From positions 28,858 through 52,857 of the forward strand of contig NZ_QQXL01000004.1 in NCBI RefSeq assembly GCF_003640665.1: 24,000 nt of DNA, written 5' to 3'. The stretch's first letter is position 1. Each line of letters begins with the position of its first letter. The position numbers were made by a program, and so were the translations under genes. Shown piece by piece: positions 16,768 through 24,000 of this stretch. Source of the stretch: Galactobacter caseinivorans (lineage in GTDB: Bacteria; Actinomycetota; Actinomycetes; Actinomycetales; Micrococcaceae). The notes beneath the pieces were generated by a model. The model saw only the letters and a program-made list of their open reading frames with translations. It had not been told where the DNA came from and did no database searches.

Positions 16768-18266
16768 CCTCCATGGCACCCCCCGCTGCCCCGGCCGGCG
16801 GCTCCGGCCGTGCGTCCAAGCCGGTCAAGGTGAAGCCCCAGCGCGCCAAGCGCAATCTGGAGCTCTTCCTGATGATCCCGGCCCTTGGTGTGGCGGCGCT
16901 CGCGGACTTCCTGGTTTCCGCCTCACCGGTGGCGCCGGCAAACGATACATCCTGGATCACGCATATCTTGGTGATGGGCCTGCTCGGCCTTGGGATGAAC
17001 ATCTCCCTGCGCATCTGGGCTAAATATGCCGATCCGTTCATTCTTCCGATCGTGATTGCACTCAATGGCATTGGGCTGGCCATGATTCACCGCCTGGACC
17101 TTGGCGCGGCCAAGGCCACCACGGTCGCCACGTCTCAGCTGCTATATACCGGACTGGGCATGGCTTGCGCCGTGATCATCCTGTGGGCCATCCGGGACCA
17201 CCGCATTCTGCGCCGCTTCACCTACATCTGGCTGGCGCTCTCCGTCTTCTTGCTGATCCTGCCGCTGGTCCCGGGCATTGGTCGCGAGATCAACGGCGCC
17301 AACATCTGGATCAAGCTTGGCCCCTTCTCGGTCCAACCCGGCGAGTTCGCCAAGATCACTCTCGCGTTCTTCTTTGCCTCCTACCTTGGCTCCAAGCGAG
17401 ACCTGATCCTGCTGGCAGGCAAGAAGATTGGCCGCCTGCAGTTCCCCCGCCTGCGCGACATGGGCCCCATGCTGGTGGCCTGGCTGGTGGCCCTGGCGGT
17501 CCTGGTCTTCCAGAAGGACCTGGGCTCCGCCCTGATGTTCTTTGGCCTGTTCATGGTGATGATCTACGTCGCCACCGGGCGCATTTCCTGGATCGCCATC
17601 GGCTTGGTCTTTGTGGCCGCCGGCGGCACCTTCGCCATGATGTTCATGGGCCACGTTCAGCGCCGCGTTCACGTGTGGCTGGACGCGCTTGATCCCACCG
17701 TCTACCAGGCCACGGGCGGTAGCTACCAGATTGTCCAGGGCCTGTTTGCCATGGCCAACGGCGGCCTGCCCGGCACCGGCTTTGGCGAGGGCAAGCCCAA
17801 CAGCATCCCCCTGGGCAACTCGGACATGATCTACGCCTCCCTCGGCGAGGAGCTGGGCCTGATTGGCCTCAGCGCCATCGTCATGTTGTTCCTGCTCCTC
17901 ATCAGCCGCGGCATCCGCGCCGCCCTTGGCGCGCGGGACGGCTTTGGCAAGCTGCTGGCCACCGGCCTCAGCTTCATCCTGGCGCTGCAGTTCTTCATCG
18001 TCACCGCCGGCGTGCTGCGCGTCATGCCCCTGACCGGGCTCACCACACCCTTCCTCTCCGCCGGTGGCTCCTCGCTCCTGGCCAACTGGGTGCTGATCGC
18101 CATCTTGCTCATGATTTCTCACAACGCCCGCCGCCCCTCCACCGGCGGCGGCACCCTCTCCACTCAAGAACAGGGCATGATCGACCGCCACTTGAAGGTC
18201 TCCACGGATTCGGCCCTTGACGCCACTCCGGACTCCACCCAGCGCCTGGGAGGTGAGACCTCGTGA
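16764..18266 (+). CDS. rodA: RodA/FtsW (SEDS family) peptidoglycan glycosyltransferase, 500 aa
   Basis: The SEDS pattern is present (QPGEFAKITLAFFFASYL, SDMIYASLGEELGLIG, MPLTGLTTPFLSAGGSS) with ~10+ TM helices. The start GTG overlaps the pstP stop (GTGA at 16764-16767). ATG 16773 is an alternative start. Confidence 0.9.
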   Translation: MTSMAPPAAPAGGSGRASKPVKVKPQRAKRNLELFLMIPALGVAALADFLVSASPVAPANDTSWITHILVMGLLGLGMNISLRIWAKYADPFILPIVIALNGIGLAMIHRLDLGAAKATTVATSQLLYTGLGMACAVIILWAIRDHRILRRFTYIWLALSVFLLILPLVPGIGREINGANIWIKLGPFSVQPGEFAKITLAFFFASYLGSKRDLILLAGKKIGRLQFPRLRDMGPMLVAWLVALAVLVFQKDLGSALMFFGLFMVMIYVATGRISWIAIGLVFVAAGGTFAMMFMGHVQRRVHVWLDALDPTVYQATGGSYQIVQGLFAMANGGLPGTGFGEGKPNSIPLGNSDMIYASLGEELGLIGLSAIVMLFLLLISRGIRAALGARDGFGKLLATGLSFILALQFFIVTAGVLRVMPLTGLTTPFLSAGGSSLLANWVLIAILLMISHNARRPSTGGGTLSTQEQGMIDRHLKVSTDSALDATPDSTQRLGGETS

Positions 18267-19720
18267 ACCAGGCCATTCGACGCATCTGGGTCGCCGCCGT
18301 CGTGCTGCTGACCATCATTCTTGGCGCCACCACCTACGTGCAGTTCTTTGCCGCAGACGCCCTGAACAACAACGCCCTCAATAGCCGCCAGCTGCTGGCC
18401 AACTACGGCAACCCGCGCGGCGCCATCCTGGCCGGGGGCAAGCCCATCGCCGAGTCCGTGAAGACGGACGGCGGGCAGTTTGACTACAAGCGCGTCTACA
18501 ACGACCCGGAGCTCTACTCCGGCCTGACCGGGTACTACAGCCTGGGCAGCGGGTCCACGCAGCTGGAGTCCTCTTTGGAGTCCACCCTCGCGGGGACCTC
18601 GGATAATCAGTTCTTTGACCGCCTCTCCAACCTCTTTACCGGCACCGCAGATCAGGGTGCCAACGTGGAGCTCACGATTGACCCCAAGATCCAGAAGGCG
18701 GCTTACGACGCGCTTCCGGATGGCAAAAAGGGCTCCGTCGTGGTGACCAATCCCAAGACTGGTGAGATCCTGGCGATGGCGTCCAAGCCCACCTTTGACA
18801 CCAATCTGATGGCCGTGCAGTCCTCCGCCGAACTGGCCAAGAACCGCACCAAGCTCAACTCCACCCCGGGGCTGCGCATCGCCACCAACCAGTCGGTGTA
18901 TGAGCGCGTGTCCCCCGGGTCCACGTTCAAACTCCTTGACCTGGTGGCCGGCTTTGAGACCGGGGACTTTGCCGCGGATGGCGAGTATGACAACTCTCCG
19001 AAGTGGACTCCCCCTGGCACCAACAAGATGCTGGGCAACTTTGACGGCGGAACCTGCTCCAGCCAGCCCGGCAAGGCCTCGCTGAAGTTCATCGTGGCTC
19101 AGTCCTGCAACACCCCCTTTGGTCAGGCCAGCCAGAAGATTGGCCAGGACAAGCTGCGGGAGGTGTCGGAGCGCTTCGGTTTTAATGCCAAGCCGGACTG
19201 GCTCGGGCTGGCGCCCACGTCCACCTCCGTGTTCCCCAAGGAGCTCAACGACGCGACGCTGGCCTACTCCTCGCTTGGACAGTTTGATGTGCAGGCCACC
19301 ACGTTGCAGATGAACATGGTGGCCATGGGCCTGGCCAATGACGGCAAGCTCATGAAGCCCCAGCTGGTCAAGCAGGTCACGAGCCCCAATCTGCAGGTGC
19401 TCCAGGGCTACAAGGCCGAGGAGTACAAGACGGTCACCACCGCCAAGATCGCCAACGACATCACTGACTTGATGCGCGGACCGGTGGAATCCGGTACCGC
19501 CATGAAGGCCAAGGTTTCCGGTGTGGATCTTGCAGCCAAGACGGGCACGGCGCAGATCGGTAATACGAACCGCGTCCATGCCTGGATTACCGGGTTTGCC
19601 CCGGCAGATGATCCAACGGTGGCCATCACGGTCAACGTGCAGGACCTCCCCTATAGCGAGACGCACGGTCTCACGAGCACGATCATGAAAAAAGTGGAAG
19701 AGGCGGTGTTCAACAAGTGA
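18263..19720 (+). CDS. pbpA: PbpA: class B penicillin-binding protein (D,D-transpeptidase), 485 aa
   Basis: The transpeptidase motifs are present: STFK (PGSTFKLL), SCN (AQSCNTPF) and KTG (AAKTGTAQ). There is an N-terminal TM anchor. The GTGA start/stop overlap with rodA is at 18263-18266. Confidence 0.9.
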   Translation: MNQAIRRIWVAAVVLLTIILGATTYVQFFAADALNNNALNSRQLLANYGNPRGAILAGGKPIAESVKTDGGQFDYKRVYNDPELYSGLTGYYSLGSGSTQLESSLESTLAGTSDNQFFDRLSNLFTGTADQGANVELTIDPKIQKAAYDALPDGKKGSVVVTNPKTGEILAMASKPTFDTNLMAVQSSAELAKNRTKLNSTPGLRIATNQSVYERVSPGSTFKLLDLVAGFETGDFAADGEYDNSPKWTPPGTNKMLGNFDGGTCSSQPGKASLKFIVAQSCNTPFGQASQKIGQDKLREVSERFGFNAKPDWLGLAPTSTSVFPKELNDATLAYSSLGQFDVQATTLQMNMVAMGLANDGKLMKPQLVKQVTSPNLQVLQGYKAEEYKTVTTAKIANDITDLMRGPVESGTAMKAKVSGVDLAAKTGTAQIGNTNRVHAWITGFAPADDPTVAITVNVQDLPYSETHGLTSTIMKKVEEAVFNK

Positions 19721-21381
19721 GACCCACGAGCGGCAACTCCCTCGGCGGCCGGTATCAGCTGACCGACCGGATCGCCATTGGAGGCATGGGTGAGGTCTGG
19801 AAGGCGCTCGACGACGTCCTTGGACGCGTCGTGGCCATCAAGATCCTCAAGGAGGAGTACACGGGTGATCCCGGCTTCCTTGAGCGCTTCCGAGCAGAGG
19901 CACGCCACACTGCCTTGTTGAACAACGACGGTATCGCCAACGTCTTTGACTACGGCGAGGCTGACGGCTCCGCGTATCTGGTCATGGAGCTGGTTCCTGG
20001 CGAGCCCCTCTCCACCATCATTGAGCGCGAGCGCGTGCTGACCCCGGACTTCACCCTGTCCGTGATCGCCCAGACCGCCCGCGGCCTGGCCTCCGCCCAC
20101 GTGCGTGGGCTGGTGCACCGCGACGTCAAGCCAGGCAACCTGCTCATCATGCCCAACGGCAAGGTCAAGATCACCGACTTTGGCATCGCCCGCCTGGCAG
20201 ACCAGGTTCCGCTCACGGCGACCGGACAGGTGATGGGCACCGCCCAGTACCTGGCCCCGGAGCAGGCCACGGGCCAGAACGCCACCGGCCAGTCTGATCT
20301 GTACGCGCTGGGTGTCATCGGCTACGAGTGCCTCGCAGGCCGCCGCCCCTTCTCTGGCGAGTCCCAGATCGCCATCGCATTGGCGCAGGTCAACGACCGC
20401 CCGCCGGCGCTTCCGGATTCCATCCCGGAGCCGGTGCGCGCCCTGGTGCTGTCCATGCTGGCCAAGGATCCGGCTGACCGCCCCGCGGACGCAAACAAGC
20501 TGGCCCTGGCCGCTGACGCGCTGCGCTCCGGGCGTGTTCAGGACGCCACCAACGCCGTTCCAAGCATGCTTGCGCTGATGGCGGCCGGCGGCGTGGCGAC
20601 GCAGGCCATGACCACAGCCAATGACATGCCCACGCAGTCCACCCAGGCCCTCTCCGCCCAGGCCGCACCGCGGACCAGCGCCTTGCCGATGCTGCCGGCG
20701 GAGGACGAGCCCTCGCTGGCGGCCACGGCCCGTTCAGGGCAGTACTCGCAGTCGGGGATGGACCCGGATGATGAGTTGGACCAGAACGAGCCCAAGAGCA
20801 AAAAGGGACTCATCTGGGGCATCGTGGCCGCGGCCGCGTTGGTCTTGGTGATCCTGGGCATCATCTTTGTCCCCATGTTGACGGGAAACAAGGAAGAGCC
20901 GAGCAGTTCCGCTCCCCCAGCCTCCTCGTCCTCCTCGTCCTCCTCTAGCCAGTCAGAGAGCTCCTCCTCGTCCTCCTCTAGCCAGTCAGAGAGCTCCTCC
21001 GCGCCCACCACCGAGTCCAGCTCGGAACCGGAGACCTCTGCCACGGAGGAGAGCGAGGAAGGGACCTTGATCCGCGGTAGCGACTACATTGGGCGCCCCT
21101 TCGAAGAGGCCCAGGCCGAGCTGGAGGGGCTGGGCTACACGGTGACCACGCAGGCCACCGCAACCAGTCAGCAGGTGGACGAGGGCACGGTCATCAACAT
21201 CAGTCCCAAGGGCCGCCGGGTCACCACGAGCACGCCGATTGTGCTGTACTACGCCATTCCGGCGCAGACGCAGGAGCCCACGGAGACGAGCGAGACGCCG
21301 GAGAGCTCTGAGCCCCCGGAGACTCAGAGCACCCCGCCCACCACGAAGTCCTCCAGCGAGAAGGCTGGGGAGAATAATTAA
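19717..21381 (+). CDS. pknA: Ser/Thr protein kinase in the pknA position: kinase domain, TM helix, Ser-rich linker, single PASTA-like module, 554 aa
   Basis: Hanks kinase motifs are present: [24 protein letters not shown] and APE. The TM helix is [25 protein letters not shown]. The extracellular segment [22 protein letters not shown]...[27 protein letters not shown] resembles a PASTA fold. The GTGA overlap with pbpA is at 19717-19720. Confidence 0.85.
   Translation: MRPTSGNSLGGRYQLTDRIAIGGMGEVWKALDDVLGRVVAIKILKEEYTGDPGFLERFRAEARHTALLNNDGIANVFDYGEADGSAYLVMELVPGEPLSTIIERERVLTPDFTLSVIAQTARGLASAHVRGLVHRDVKPGNLLIMPNGKVKITDFGIARLADQVPLTATGQVMGTAQYLAPEQATGQNATGQSDLYALGVIGYECLAGRRPFSGESQIAIALAQVNDRPPALPDSIPEPVRALVLSMLAKDPADRPADANKLALAADALRSGRVQDATNAVPSMLALMAAGGVATQAMTTANDMPTQSTQALSAQAAPRTSALPMLPAEDEPSLAATARSGQYSQSGMDPDDELDQNEPKSKKGLIWGIVAAAALVLVILGIIFVPMLTGNKEEPSSSAPPASSSSSSSSSQSESSSSSSSSQSESSSAPTTESSSEPETSATEESEEGTLIRGSDYIGRPFEEAQAELEGLGYTVTTQATATSQQVDEGTVINISPKGRRVTTSTPIVLYYAIPAQTQEPTETSETPESSEPPETQSTPPTTKSSSEKAGENN
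20932..20997 (+). repeat. Perfect 33-bp tandem duplication inside the pknA-position kinase linker (in frame)
   Basis: tcctcgtcctcctctagccagtcagagagctcc occurs at 20932-20964 and again, identically, at 20965-20997. Together the two copies encode [11 protein letters not shown] twice. Confidence 0.95.
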
Positions 21382-21414
21382 CTTCTTCAGATCCACGTTG
21401 CCAGGAGGTGACAC

Positions 21415-23682
21415 GTGAGCGACCAGTCGAATGGACGCCATACCGACGAGGGCCGTGATGAGACGGGCGCCGCAACGCCCCGCCAGCGGGTCCTCAACGA
21501 TCGCTACGAGCTCGGCGACCCCATCGGTCGCGGAGGAATGGCGGACGTGTGGCTGGCTCGCGACCTCCTCCTTGGCCGCGACGTGGCCGTGAAGATTTTG
21601 CGCTCCGATTTGGCAAGGGACCCCGTGTTCCAGGCCAGGTTCCGACGCGAGGCAAAGGCCGTAGCCGGGCTCAACGACCACGGGATCGTGGCCGTGTATG
21701 ACACGGGCGATACCGATGTGCTGATGCCGGGTGAGGTGGTCCCGCTCAAGGTTCCCTTCATCGTCATGGAGTTTGTGCGTGGACATACGCTCAAGTCGCG
21801 CCTCTCCGGTGGTCCGCTGCCCGCACAGGACGCGGTCAACGCGACCCTGGGTGTGCTGGCGGCACTGAACACCAGCCACGCCCAAGGCATTGTTCACCGC
21901 GACATCAAGCCCGCCAACGTGATGATCACGGAGGCCGGGACGGTCAAGGTCATGGACTTTGGCATCGCCCGAGCCTTGGCGGATTCAGCGGCCACCATGA
22001 CGCAGACCCAGGCCGTGGTGGGCACCGCGCAGTATCTCTCCCCGGAGCAGGCGCGCGGGGAGAGCGTGGACGAGCGCTCGGATCTGTACTCCACCGGCTG
22101 CCTGCTCTTTGAGCTGCTCACGGGCCGCCCGCCGTTCATCGGCGACAGCCCGGTCTCTGTGGCGTACCAGCATGTGGGCGAGATCCCGCAGGCCGCCTCC
22201 TCGCTGAACCCCACGGTCACCCCTCAGCTCGACGCCGTGTTGGCCCTTGCGCTGACCAAGGACCGGACCCAGCGCTTCCAGACGGCAGATGAGTTCTCTG
22301 CCGCCCTGCGCGCCGCCCAGCGTGGCGAGATGCCCGCGCAAGGCCAGGACTCTGCCCTGGACGCGACGCAGGCTGTTCCCCTGGCCGTCGGCGCCGCTGG
22401 CGCCCCGACCGAGCAGTTCCAGGGCGCCTATCAGGACCCTCAGACCGGCTATCAGCCCGCCGTGGATGAGACGGGCCTGCAGCCCGCCATCCTGCGTCAG
22501 TCCCAGGAGGATGACGACGACCTCGAGGAGGTGCGCAGCCGCAAGACGCTCATCTGGGTGGTCTCGCTGGTGCTGGTCGCCATCATCGCGGTGGCCGGCG
22601 TGTTCTTCTTCCGGTGGCTCGCGGACGAGCGCGAGCGCAATGCCCTGGTGGAGATCACCTCTTTCTCCGGCCAGACCTCGGCGCAGGCCGAGCAAAAACT
22701 CAAGGAACTAGAACTCAGCCCCTCAGTTGAACTGGCCTTCTCCGACACCGTGAAAGAGGGGGAGGTCATCGACACCGACCCCGTGGCGGGTCAGAAGGTG
22801 AAGAAGGGCAGCCAGGTCACGATTCACGCCTCCAAGGGACCTGCCAACGTCAAGATCCCCAAGGACTTGAGCGGCAAGACCGTTGATGAGGTGAGGACCA
22901 CCCTTCAGGGCCTGAACCTCGAGGTGGCCCCGCAGACGCGGGAGGTGGAGGACGCCAAGGTGGAGAAGGGCCTGGTGGCCGGCACCGACCCCAAGGAGGG
23001 TAGCTCCGCGGAGAGCGGTTCCGCCGTCACGATCCTGGTCTCCAAGGGCCAGGTCAACATCCCCTCGGGGCTGGACGGCAAGACCGAGGAGGAGGTGCGC
23101 AAGGAGCTCACCGACCTTGGCCTGGTGGTGGACAAAAAGGTCACCACGGTGGACAACTCGGACATCGCCAAGGGATTGGTGGTCACGACTAATCCCGCCC
23201 CCGGCTCCAAGATCAAGGTCGGCGGCAAGGTGAAGCTCTCGGTCTCCAAGGGCGAGACCAAGATTCCGGAGGACCTGGTCGGGAAGTCCGTGGACGAGGC
23301 CACCAAGTCGTTGAACGACGCCGGATTCAACTCCATCACCATCGAGCGCGTGGATGACAAGGCGGATAAGGATGAGGTCCTTGCCGTCACGCCAAAGAGC
23401 GGCGAGACCTTGGGAATCGACGAGCCGGTGACCCTCAAGGTCTCCAATGGTCCCAAGACCGTCACCATGCCCTCCGTGCTCGGCATGACAAGTCAGGAGG
23501 CCAGCGACTTGCTGCGCAACACCGACAACTACGGCCTCGAGGTCCAAATCACCGAGGTGGATCAGGACACCACCAAGCCGGGACAGGTGCTCGCTCAGAG
23601 CGTCCCCTCAGGCGAAGAGGTGAAGCAGGGTTCATCGGTGACCCTCACGGTGCAGAAGCCGGCCGAGGCACCGGAGGAGTAA
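21415..23682 (+). CDS. pknB: PknB: transmembrane Ser/Thr kinase with five extracellular PASTA repeats, 755 aa
   Basis: Kinase motifs are present: GRGGMADVWLA, VAVK, HRDIKPAN, DFG and SPE. The TM helix is LIWVVSLVLVAIIAVAGVFFF. Five ~65-70-aa repeats follow, each with the pattern (I/V)P..L.GK..(D/E)E....L...G(L/F)...........G.V....P..G......V.L.VSKG. The start is GTG, preceded by AGGAGG. Confidence 0.92.
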   Translation: MSDQSNGRHTDEGRDETGAATPRQRVLNDRYELGDPIGRGGMADVWLARDLLLGRDVAVKILRSDLARDPVFQARFRREAKAVAGLNDHGIVAVYDTGDTDVLMPGEVVPLKVPFIVMEFVRGHTLKSRLSGGPLPAQDAVNATLGVLAALNTSHAQGIVHRDIKPANVMITEAGTVKVMDFGIARALADSAATMTQTQAVVGTAQYLSPEQARGESVDERSDLYSTGCLLFELLTGRPPFIGDSPVSVAYQHVGEIPQAASSLNPTVTPQLDAVLALALTKDRTQRFQTADEFSAALRAAQRGEMPAQGQDSALDATQAVPLAVGAAGAPTEQFQGAYQDPQTGYQPAVDETGLQPAILRQSQEDDDDLEEVRSRKTLIWVVSLVLVAIIAVAGVFFFRWLADERERNALVEITSFSGQTSAQAEQKLKELELSPSVELAFSDTVKEGEVIDTDPVAGQKVKKGSQVTIHASKGPANVKIPKDLSGKTVDEVRTTLQGLNLEVAPQTREVEDAKVEKGLVAGTDPKEGSSAESGSAVTILVSKGQVNIPSGLDGKTEEEVRKELTDLGLVVDKKVTTVDNSDIAKGLVVTTNPAPGSKIKVGGKVKLSVSKGETKIPEDLVGKSVDEATKSLNDAGFNSITIERVDDKADKDEVLAVTPKSGETLGIDEPVTLKVSNGPKTVTMPSVLGMTSQEASDLLRNTDNYGLEVQITEVDQDTTKPGQVLAQSVPSGEEVKQGSSVTLTVQKPAEAPEE

Positions 23683-23684
23683 CA

Positions 23685-23728
23685 CCTACCCAGGCGCCCG
23701 CCCGGCCCCGGGCAGGCGCCTGGGTAGG
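23685..23728. terminator. Bidirectional stem-loop between convergent pknB and trpG/pabA
   Basis: A perfect 14-bp stem cctacccaggcgcc (23685-23698) / ggcgcctgggtagg (23715-23728). The right-arm core aggcgcctggg is repeated directly at 23726-23736. Confidence 0.7.
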
Positions 23729-23737
23729 CGCCTGGGG

Positions 23738-24000
23738 TTATGGCTCGCGCCGAATGAGGGGCGACAGTGCCCCGGCCCGCTCCCCAGCGGCGTCGAGCCC
23801 TAGGGTCTCAAGCCAATTGCCCAGCATCTGATAGCCGCCATCCGTCAGCACGGACTCGGGGTGAAATTGCACGCCCCACAGCGGTGCGGTGCGGTGGGCC
23901 AGGCCCATGATCACCCCACCCTCGGTGCTGGCAATCACCTCCAGCTCGGCCGGAACCGTGGGCGGCTCCACGGAGAGCGAGTGGTAGCGGGTGGCAGTAA
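23738..24000 (-). CDS. trpG: Partial CDS (C-terminal part, continues past window end): class-I glutamine amidotransferase, anthranilate/aminodeoxychorismate synthase component II
   Basis: My translation upstream of the track ORF continues open to the window edge: ...[64 protein letters not shown]. The RYHSL and GVQFHPES motifs are diagnostic for TrpG/PabA. Its position convergent with pknB matches mycobacterial trpG synteny. Confidence 0.8.
   Translation of the reverse strand, partial: TATRYHSLSVEPPTVPAELEVIASTEGGVIMGLAHRTAPLWGVQFHPESVLTDGGYQMLGNWLETLGLDAAGERAGALSPLIRREP

Overview
This is very GC-rich actinobacterial chromosomal DNA. I call 21 CDS (two run off the window edges), one tRNA, several stem-loop terminators and two tandem repeats. 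The right half (13.6-24 kb) is the conserved origin-proximal cell-wall and division signalling locus. It reads tRNA-Leu(CAG) <- | -> fhaA-fhaB-pstP-rodA-pbpA-pknA-pknB -> <- trpG/pabA. This is the same order as M. tuberculosis Rv0020c-Rv0014c with leuT and trpG flanks. The left half is housekeeping, stress and transport. It holds a Usp, a CMD(AhpD-like)-pirin-GNAT minus-strand cluster, an acyltransferase-3/SGNH O-acetyltransferase, and a ProP-like MFS transporter divergent from an APC amino-acid permease. It also holds a secreted trio (Rpf-domain protein, lipoprotein, PhoA-type alkaline phosphatase) and an LLM flavin oxidoreductase. I see no transposase, integrase, CRISPR array, toxin-antitoxin pair, defence genes or biosynthetic cluster. 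I do not find a convincing novel multi-gene system here. The observations worth a second look are small-scale. (1) Six tandem copies of a 14-bp unit that looks derived from one arm of the adjacent ~25-bp terminator hairpin. (2) A ~220-nt structured leader upstream of the rpf gene, a context where c-di-AMP (ydaO) riboswitches are known, which I could not confirm by eye. (3) An Rpf protein with an unusual Lys-rich N-terminal region. (4) A pknA-position kinase carrying a single PASTA-like ectodomain and a perfect 33-bp in-frame duplication. (5) Paired GATC-centred dyads in the phoA promoter. (6) A ~380-bp divergent intergenic region of unknown content. The many long antisense ORFs in the track look like GC-bias artefacts.
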